Assembly (NCBI RefSeq): GCF_000010625.1
Contig: NC_010296.1
Coordinates: 1,260,001 to 1,292,000 of the forward strand
DNA: 32,000 nucleotides
From: Microcystis aeruginosa NIES-843
GTDB lineage: Bacteria > Cyanobacteriota > Cyanobacteriia > Cyanobacteriales > Microcystaceae
Reading direction: 5' to 3'
A model generated the notes under the pieces. It was given only the letters and a program-made list of their open reading frames with translations. It was not told where the DNA came from and ran no database searches. The translations under genes were made by a program, and so were the position numbers. Below are positions 8,586-15,056 of the stretch, piece after piece. Each line of letters begins with the position of its first letter. Positions within the stretch are counted from its first letter, which is position 1.

Positions 8586-8893
8586 TTTTACCCATTTTCA
8601 TCGGGTAAATTACCTAATTTTCAGGGAAAAAGTCCCGGAATTTTCCCCCCGACCACTCCCATATCTGGTACTTTTTGATTGACAAAAAGTCTAAAAGTCT
8701 TACCCAACAAGGTTTTTAGATTTATTCAGCTAACCCTACTTAAACATCGATCACTAAAAGCGATCGCACTCAATCAATGCAGTGCGATCTTTTTGAACGT
8801 CAGTCCTCAGCCTTGAGAGACTTTGTACCTCACCGATATGAGAATTGCTACAATATAGAATCCCGATTAGTTTTCACCTGTGGCAGTTCCTTC

Positions 8894-9367
8894 ATGACTA
8901 GAGCGACAGAAACAGCGACCCCAACACTATACGAAGAAGATTTTTATCTCTGGCTAAAAACCACGGCAGAACAATTAAAAAAAGGCCAGTTTGCCGAGGT
9001 GGATTTAGACAACTTAATTGAGGAGATTGAATCGATGGGGAGAAGTGAAAGACACGCGCTCAAAAGTCTTTTAACTCGTCTCCTAGAACATTTACTCAAA
9101 TTAACTTACTGGCAATCGGAAAGAGACCGGAATGGCAATCATTGGAATGGAGAAATCAATAATTTTCGGGCAGAAATTCAAGATTTACTGGAGGATAGCC
9201 CTAGTTTAAAGCCCTATCTTCGGGAGATTTTTGAGCCATCCTACCATACAGCTTTAGAGGCCGTCCGGAAAAAAATGGGTTTATCCCCCGGCGGTTTACC
9301 GAGTCAGATAATTTTTAATCTCGAACAGGTTTTAGATGATCAATGGCTGCCGATCGATTGGGAATAA
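8894..9367 (+). CDS. DUF29 family protein
   Basis: LYEEDFYLWLKTTAEQLKKGQFAEVDLDNLIEEIESMGRSERHALKSLLTRLLEHLLKLTYWQ is the characteristic DUF29 N-terminal block. Family members begin near this point, so ATG 8894 is preferred to the track start at 8777, which adds 39 non-family residues. Confidence 0.8.
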   Translation: MTRATETATPTLYEEDFYLWLKTTAEQLKKGQFAEVDLDNLIEEIESMGRSERHALKSLLTRLLEHLLKLTYWQSERDRNGNHWNGEINNFRAEIQDLLEDSPSLKPYLREIFEPSYHTALEAVRKKMGLSPGGLPSQIIFNLEQVLDDQWLPIDWE

Positions 9368-9420
9368 ACTATTGACTATCTAAATCACTCCTTGATCGCT
9401 AAACAGTCATCAGTGAACTA

Positions 9421-9468
9421 AAAACTCAAATCTGAAAACTCAAATCTGAAAACTCAAATCTGAAAACT
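9421..9468. repeat. Tandem 14-mer (AAAACTCAAATCTG)x3 plus a partial fourth unit
   Basis: Perfect copies at 9421-9434, 9435-9448 and 9449-9462, then AAAACTG. Located between the convergent DUF29 and TPR genes. Confidence 0.9.
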
Positions 9469-9484
9469 GATCACTGATCTGGTT

Positions 9485-10576
9485 TTACTCAAGCAACTTC
9501 TTCAGCAGGGCATCCACTTCCTCCAGGCCGGATTGATTATTTTTCAGCACATAAACCGCTCGCGCTTGCTTAAAAGCTTCCTCCGCTTCTCTTTTTCGTC
9601 CCCGGCCCGCGTAGGCCCGACCGAGATTAAGATAGACATCGGCGTTATTGGGGGCAATTTCGGCCAAATCTTGATAGGCGATAATTGCTGCAAGATAATC
9701 TTTTCTGGCCAGATGGATGCGACCGATTCCCGCTTGTGCTTCCAAAGATTGGGGTTGCAGGAAAACAGCCCGACGATAAAAGGGGAGAGCCTCGTCAAAA
9801 CGCTCTTGTTTTTCGAGTAAAATCCCTATTTTTAGCTGAATTAAAAAATTTCCTGCACTTTGTCGCTCTATTTCCTTTAAAATTTGGGTTCCACCATTTA
9901 AATCGCCCTGTTTGAGCAAAAGGCTGGCCAGTTGCAATCTTAATTCACTATTGTTAGGGAATCTTTGCAGGGATTTTTGGAGAAAATCGAGGGCTTCGCT
10001 GCTTTTATTCTGTTCGATCAAGGCTTTACCCATGATTTCGTGGGCTTGCTGATTATTGGGGTCGAGAGCTAAAACCCATTGGTAAACTTCGCCCGCTTTA
10101 GCATAGTTTTTTTGGCGTAATAACACCACCCCTAAACCGAGGTAGTGTTGGACGTTTTTCGGTTCTATTTGGATAGCGTAGTAGTAAGCGGTGGCTGCAT
10201 TGTCATAATCACCGATATTAGCCAAACTATAACCGAGAGCATGGAAAAAGTCGGGATTACTCGGATCGAGACTTAAAGCTTTTTGGTATGCTTGGGCGGC
10301 GGCGTTATAATCCCCTTGCCGCGTTTGTAAAAAGCCAATCCCAGAGAAAATTTTGGCATTATTGCCATCAAGGGCGGCAGCCCGCTCGTAAATGGCTATA
10401 GCTTCCCCATAATTGCCATTTTTGACCAATTGCCGCGCTTGACGCAGTAGTTCGTTAACCTGTGAATCCTTGCTCACGATTGCCCCCGCCGGATTATCTG
10501 CGATCGCAATTGAGGCAGAGAAACAGCCCCCCGCGAGAAGACCGACGAGCAAGATTAAACGGGTAAATTGTTTCAT
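9485..10576 (-). CDS. Secreted TPR-repeat protein
   Basis: 363 aa. N-terminal signal peptide is MKQFTRLILLVGLLAGGCFSASIAIA. About 9 tandem 34-aa TPR units with recurring G.Y..A...Y..AL.LDP.N patterns. Confidence 0.85.
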   Translation of the reverse strand: MKQFTRLILLVGLLAGGCFSASIAIADNPAGAIVSKDSQVNELLRQARQLVKNGNYGEAIAIYERAAALDGNNAKIFSGIGFLQTRQGDYNAAAQAYQKALSLDPSNPDFFHALGYSLANIGDYDNAATAYYYAIQIEPKNVQHYLGLGVVLLRQKNYAKAGEVYQWVLALDPNNQQAHEIMGKALIEQNKSSEALDFLQKSLQRFPNNSELRLQLASLLLKQGDLNGGTQILKEIERQSAGNFLIQLKIGILLEKQERFDEALPFYRRAVFLQPQSLEAQAGIGRIHLARKDYLAAIIAYQDLAEIAPNNADVYLNLGRAYAGRGRKREAEEAFKQARAVYVLKNNQSGLEEVDALLKKLLE

Positions 10577-10649
10577 CGCTTTACCTTTGTTAACGATTCT
10601 TAATTAAAGTTTATTGTAAATTGTATTGACAAAAATCAACTATTCTGCA

Positions 10650-11315
10650 TCACCCTTGGACGAGATTATTGCGGGCCTCTTGGGCGACTTGGGCGCTTTT
10701 GTCGCCGGTTAACTGGGTCAAAACAGCGATCGCATCTTGCCCCCCTAAGCGGCCTAAAGCTTGAGCGAGACGATAGCGCAGTTGCCAGTCATCATCATTA
10801 GCCAAGGGAACGAGTAAAGAGACGGCGCGAGGGTCGCCTAGTTCCCCGAAAGCACTAACGGCGGCCGTTTTTACCAATTCATTATCAGAGTTAAGGGCGA
10901 TTTCGAGCAGTTCAAAGCCCCGGGGTTCCCCCAATTCGCCCAAAGCTGCCACAATGCTAAATTGAATTAACCAGTCGCAGGATTGTTGATAGACGGCCAC
11001 CAGATCATCGTAGGCTGCCGTTAATTTTAACCCCCCGATCGCATCGGCCGCGGCCGCTTTCACGTCTGCTTCGGGATCATGCAACAAGCGATCGCGTAGA
11101 ATAGTTAAGGCCAGATCAGGATTCTGACGACCGAGGATATCTAGCTGACTTACCGCCGAATAACGCACCCTAGCGTTACTATCGTTAATTACAGGCTGTA
11201 ACATCTCGAAGGCGATTTCTGGGGCTAAATAACGCAGTTGATTAACTCCCGATAAGCGATCGCCATAATCATCGGAATCGAGCAGCCGTTGCACGGATTC
11301 AGGGGAATAATTCAT
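10650..11315 (-). CDS. HEAT-repeat protein (PBS-lyase HEAT-like repeats)
   Basis: 221 aa. Repeated units of the form D.D..VR..AA.ALG.LGDPRA...L (e.g. NARVRYSAVSQL, ADVKAAAADAIGGL, AALGELGEPRGFELL, SAFGELGDPRAVSLL, WQLRYRLAQALGRLG). Confidence 0.85.
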   Translation of the reverse strand: MNYSPESVQRLLDSDDYGDRLSGVNQLRYLAPEIAFEMLQPVINDSNARVRYSAVSQLDILGRQNPDLALTILRDRLLHDPEADVKAAAADAIGGLKLTAAYDDLVAVYQQSCDWLIQFSIVAALGELGEPRGFELLEIALNSDNELVKTAAVSAFGELGDPRAVSLLVPLANDDDWQLRYRLAQALGRLGGQDAIAVLTQLTGDKSAQVAQEARNNLVQG

Positions 11316-11359
11316 AATTTGATGACACCCTTAACAATTGGACTGGTATTAATTGTCCC

Positions 11360-12112
11360 ATGAATAGTTATCGACTCCTGACTATTTTGATCATGTTTAG
11401 TTCCCCGGTTTTTTGGGGCTGTAGTCCTCCCGCTCCCCTTAAAAAAGAACCTACGGCCGAGATGCTTGTTCCTCCTTCTCCCAGTCCGATTATTTCCGCA
11501 TCAGACATTAAAGCTGCTAATCGTTATCGTCAATTGGGATTACAGTATCGTCAACAGGGAGATTTTATCAAAAGTATTGAAGCTTTAAAAAAATCGGTAC
11601 AGTTAAACCCCAATCATCTAGACGGGAGAGTAATTTTAGGATGGACACAACACCTAGCTAAACAACCTTTAGCGGCACAAACAACCCTCGAAGAAACGAT
11701 TAAAATTGCTCCCGATCATGTGGCTACTTATAATGCTTTGGGTATTGTTTATCTTGTCGGTGGTCATCTTGAAAAGGCCGTAGTTACGCATACTAAAGCC
11801 GCTAATTTAAAACCCGATAATGAAATTGCCTACTATAATTTGTCCCTCGCCTATCATCGCTTAAAAGATTTTAATTCAGCTATTACTAACGCTGAAAAAG
11901 CAGTTAAATTAGAGCCGAATAATCCCCATCCTCTTGTGGCTTTGGCAATGGTCTATTTAGATCAAGGTGATAGTAAAAAAGCGCAGGATACCTACAAAAA
12001 GGCTAGGGATTTAGACGGTCGTTATCGACAAAAATGGTTTCTGGCACATCTGAAGGAAGCTGGTTTTAGTCAGGAGCAAATTAAATTAGTCGAAAAGTTA
12101 CTATCTGGTTAG
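11360..12112 (+). CDS. TPR-repeat protein with N-terminal signal/lipoprotein-like leader
   Basis: 250 aa. Hydrophobic leader ending FWGCSPP. TPR units include YRQLGLQYRQQGDFIKSIEALKKSVQLNPNH and YYNLSLAYHRLKDFNSAITNAEKAVKLEPNN. Confidence 0.85.
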   Translation: MNSYRLLTILIMFSSPVFWGCSPPAPLKKEPTAEMLVPPSPSPIISASDIKAANRYRQLGLQYRQQGDFIKSIEALKKSVQLNPNHLDGRVILGWTQHLAKQPLAAQTTLEETIKIAPDHVATYNALGIVYLVGGHLEKAVVTHTKAANLKPDNEIAYYNLSLAYHRLKDFNSAITNAEKAVKLEPNNPHPLVALAMVYLDQGDSKKAQDTYKKARDLDGRYRQKWFLAHLKEAGFSQEQIKLVEKLLSG

Positions 12113-12134
12113 ATTTAAAAATTATTATTTCCCC

Positions 12135-13088
12135 TTAGGATGCCTGTCGATGTCCCAGTTTTAGGAAAATAGTTTCTAAATCTTCGCAGCAAGTATAAAA
12201 CTCGCTTAAGGTCAGGCCAGAAACCACTAAAGATTTCAACAATTCGGCACTATCTTCTAGGGTTCCCGTAAATTTAACTCGGAGAGTATTAGTATTAATA
12301 ATTCTTTGCCAACTTTCCACAAAAACACATTGTTTAAGAGCGGTTTCTAAGGCTTCTAAATTGCCTAGAGTCGTGATCTGCAAGTATTGGCCAGCTAGAC
12401 GTTGATTTAATTCTTGTAAAGAGGTGCTTTCCACTAGATAACCTAATTCCATGATGCCCACAGAACTACAAAGTTCGGCCAAATCACTAAGGACATGGGA
12501 GGAAATTAAAATAGTCATACCTGCCGATTGTAAGACTTTAATAATCTCACGAAATTGTAGGCGAGCGATCGGGTCTAATCCAGAAACCGGTTCATCGAGA
12601 AGTAAAATTAAAGGTTCATGAATAATCGTTCGGGCTAAACTTAAACGTTGTTTCATCCCCCGGGACAAAGTAGCGATCGAATTATGGCTTTTACCGGTTA
12701 ATTGTACCAGTTCTAGAACCTCATAAATGCGGCGATGACGTTGGGAGCGAGGGATATGATAAAGACGGGCAAAATAATCCAGATAATTCCAGACATTTAG
12801 GTCATCGTAGAGGGGAAAATTATCGGGTAGATAACCTAAGTTTCTTTTGAGACGGGGATTACTCTCATCTCTTAAAAGACGTTCTCCGTGCAGATATATT
12901 TCTCCCGTTGTCGGTTCTTCCGCTGCCGCTAACATCCTAATTAAAGTGGTTTTTCCCGCTCCATTTGGACCGATTAACCCGTAAACTTCCCCCGCTTCAA
13001 TCTGTAAATCCACTTGATTAACAGCCCCATGGCGGTCAAATTGTTTGGTTAAACCAACGGTAGCAATGGCTAATTCTGCTGTGTTCAT
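12135..13088 (-). CDS. ABC transporter ATP-binding protein (ABC-2/CcmA-like subfamily)
   Basis: Walker A GPNGAGKTT, Q-loop, signature LSRGMKQRLSLA, Walker B LLLDEPVSGLD, H-loop SSHVL. About 90-aa C-terminal extension. No permease gene adjacent. Confidence 0.9.
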   Translation of the reverse strand: MNTAELAIATVGLTKQFDRHGAVNQVDLQIEAGEVYGLIGPNGAGKTTLIRMLAAAEEPTTGEIYLHGERLLRDESNPRLKRNLGYLPDNFPLYDDLNVWNYLDYFARLYHIPRSQRHRRIYEVLELVQLTGKSHNSIATLSRGMKQRLSLARTIIHEPLILLLDEPVSGLDPIARLQFREIIKVLQSAGMTILISSHVLSDLAELCSSVGIMELGYLVESTSLQELNQRLAGQYLQITTLGNLEALETALKQCVFVESWQRIINTNTLRVKFTGTLEDSAELLKSLVVSGLTLSEFYTCCEDLETIFLKLGHRQAS

Positions 13089-13138
13089 AAAGTTTTAGTA
13101 GTGGGATTGCTGACAAACTGGCCACCACATTCTTAACA

Positions 13139-13231
13139 TTAACGTTTGGGTTTCCCGTTATCAATAGAACCACTCTTGATGGTATGGTGAGAACCACAAC
13201 TAGGACAAGGCAATACAGGCGAAGAGGTGAT
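13139..13231 (-). pseudogene. Relic of an IS1-type transposase N-terminal zinc-ribbon
   Basis: My reverse-strand translation is ...ITSSPVLPCPSCGSHHTIKSGSIDNGKPKR*. The CPxCGS....K.G.....GK pattern resembles the N-terminus of IS1-family InsA-like proteins. There is no start codon and it stops after about 30 codons. Confidence 0.35.
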
Positions 13232-13424
13232 TTTGTTCTGTGTTAGACTGATATTTGAGTAAGTCTAACACGAACCACAAAAAGATATTGATCAGAAAAC
13301 TGATCATCAAGCTAGATGTTTAAAGACTGATTGGGTTCCAATTATTTTTTTTTGTTAATGAATATTTTACACAGTTCATACCAGATAAGCAAGAGGGCTA
13401 CGCCACTACCACCAAATCCTTACC

Positions 13425-13576
13425 TTGCGCTATTTTACCCCCGAAGGTGAATTGGTTCCCACTCCCGCAGAAGCGGCAGGCAAGGCAGGAAATCAAGTCC
13501 AACAGGAAAGGCAGAAAGCCGCAAATTAGCGGCTAAATTGCGGGAATTGGGCATAAATCCCCAAGACAATTTCTAA
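13425..13576 (+). pseudogene. Frameshifted relic of a Uma2-family gene 3' end
   Basis: One frame reads LRYFTPEGELVPTPAEAAGKAGNQVQQERQKAAN* (stop 13527-13529). A second frame reads LAAKLRELGINPQDNF* (13526-13576). Joined, they resemble the coiled-coil tail (..ERQ+AE+LAAKLRELGI.P) I recall at the C-terminus of many cyanobacterial Uma2 proteins. The upstream body is absent. Confidence 0.35.
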
Positions 13577-13600
13577 TTAGGGTTTGCTGAATTTAATCCC

Positions 13601-14329
13601 ATGTATAGACGAGAATTACTGCAATTTATTGGCTCTCACGCTCTTTTTGGGGCTATTAATCCAGAATTTACTTGGAATTATCAAAATATTGACCATTGGG
13701 GCGAATTATCAAGGAATTATCGTCTCTGCACCACGGGAAAGCAACAAACACCGATCGATCTGAGTATAGTGACTGAAAAAGAGCTATACCACCCCACTTT
13801 TAATTATCGTCCTGTACCCCTAAAAATTCGCCATAACGGTCGTACAATCTTGGTTCAGACCGAAAAAGGTGGAAATATGAGGTTTCACGGCGAAAACTGG
13901 GATTTATTGCAGTTTCATTTTCATCACCCCAGCGAACATCAGATTAAAGGTCAGTCTTTCCCTCTAGAAATTCATTTAGTGCATCGAAATGGGAAGGGAA
14001 ATTTAGCAGTTGTGGGTATCTTAGCCGAAATCGGCGCAAATAATCCCTATTTACAAACCATTTGGGCTTATTTGCCCCAAGAACCTTCTCCTGAAATGAT
14101 TATCCCCGATACTTGGGTCAATGCCGGGCTTTTACTGCCAGAAAATAGCGATTTTTATGAATATCGGGGTTCTTTGTCCACTCCCCCCTGTAGCGAGGAT
14201 GTTCTCTGGTTAGTCTGGCAAAATGCGATCGAAATTTCTCCCCAACAACTGCAACAATTGGCTGAGATTTTTCCGAGTAATGCGAGGAATATTCAACCCT
14301 TAAACGGGCGCTCGATCCTGCATTCCTAG
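13601..14329 (+). CDS. ecaA: Alpha-class carbonic anhydrase (EcaA-like), probably exported
   Basis: 242 aa. Alpha-CA blocks are GKQQTPIDL, LQFHFHHPSEHQI and EIHLVH (three Zn-ligand His) and YEYRGSLSTPPCSEDVLWLV. N-terminal MYRRELLQFIGSHALFGA looks like a twin-arginine or signal leader. Confidence 0.9.
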   Translation: MYRRELLQFIGSHALFGAINPEFTWNYQNIDHWGELSRNYRLCTTGKQQTPIDLSIVTEKELYHPTFNYRPVPLKIRHNGRTILVQTEKGGNMRFHGENWDLLQFHFHHPSEHQIKGQSFPLEIHLVHRNGKGNLAVVGILAEIGANNPYLQTIWAYLPQEPSPEMIIPDTWVNAGLLLPENSDFYEYRGSLSTPPCSEDVLWLVWQNAIEISPQQLQQLAEIFPSNARNIQPLNGRSILHS

Positions 14330-14348
14330 CCGAAATTGTCGGCATTTT
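14329..14348 (+). terminator. Weak hairpin plus T-tract after ecaA (candidate terminator)
   Basis: GCCGA (14329-14333) / TCGGC (14339-14343) with a 5-nt loop, followed by ATTTT. The stem is only 5 bp, so support is weak. Confidence 0.3.
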
Positions 14349-14355
14349 GGCTAAT

Positions 14356-14925
14356 TTAGATAATTTTATCAACTTTTAGACCAAAAATGGTAAATAACTC
14401 AGGAATGCGCTCAATAACTAAAGCTTCGGTGGCTGTCCAGTCACTTTCCTTAGTGGCTAAAACCCCCAGAACACTCAGAGGAACCTGTAGAAATAGGTGA
14501 CTTAAGAGGAGAGCGATCGCAGCTATTACTAAACCTAAAAGCCGCCATTGGGGGAGATAGGCGGCCACGGCAGCCGCTAGAGGGGCAAAATTGTAGATTG
14601 GCCAAGTGATGAGAATTAAGAGGACGACTCCCAAAAGAGTAAGAAGACGATGGCGAGGACGTTTAAAAAGAGAGAGAATTTTTAACTGTTCGGGGGTGAG
14701 TTGACTCGGTTTTAGAGCAACCAACAAAAGACTAAAAATATCAAAAGGTTTTGTCCACTGCATCCAAAAGACGGGTATGATAGCGATCGCTCCTAGAAAT
14801 AGCCATTCTAGCCAAAGAAAAGGCAAGGGATCGCCCACAGCTAAACCAATCCAAGCGATTTGTAAAAAGATTGGCAAAGCCGCTAACCCTGCCAGATGAA
14901 TCCACAAAAAAGGTTCTGATTTCAT
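14356..14925 (-). CDS. Conserved hypothetical integral membrane protein
   Basis: 189 aa with at least four hydrophobic segments (LAGLAALPIFLQIAWIGLAV, LFLGAIAIIPVFWM, LLTLLGVVLLILITWPIY, LLGLVIAAIALLLSHLF). No catalytic motif recognised. Confidence 0.7.
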   Translation of the reverse strand: MKSEPFLWIHLAGLAALPIFLQIAWIGLAVGDPLPFLWLEWLFLGAIAIIPVFWMQWTKPFDIFSLLLVALKPSQLTPEQLKILSLFKRPRHRLLTLLGVVLLILITWPIYNFAPLAAAVAAYLPQWRLLGLVIAAIALLLSHLFLQVPLSVLGVLATKESDWTATEALVIERIPELFTIFGLKVDKII

Positions 14926-14927
14926 AG

Positions 14928-15043
14928 AGGGAAGTGGGGAGATGGGGGAGTGGGGGAGCAGGGGAGTGGGGGAGTGGGGGAGTGGGGAAAAAAAAGCGGC
15001 CTCCTGACTCCTGACTCCCGACTCCTGACTCCCGACTCCCGAC
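14928..15043. repeat. Composite array: G-rich octamers (GTGGGGGA-like, 14928-14987), A8, then C-rich heptamers (CC[T/C]GACT x6, 15001-15043)
   Basis: Read directly in the spacer between the infB stop (15057) and the start of the downstream membrane-protein gene (14925). Confidence 0.9.
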
Positions 15044-15056
15044 GGTTCAAGTCTAA

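Noticed and set aside
7257-8893. Upstream-extended starts in the ORF track (TTG 7257 for the PEP-CTERM gene, ATG 8777 for DUF29; likewise GTG 25943 for the transposase)
   Set aside because: For 7257, an AAGGAG sits correctly spaced for ATG 7287. For 8777, the 39 extra residues precede the conserved DUF29 N-terminus. For 25943, the start lies within the IS terminal repeat region, and ATG 26000 begins the conserved HTH.
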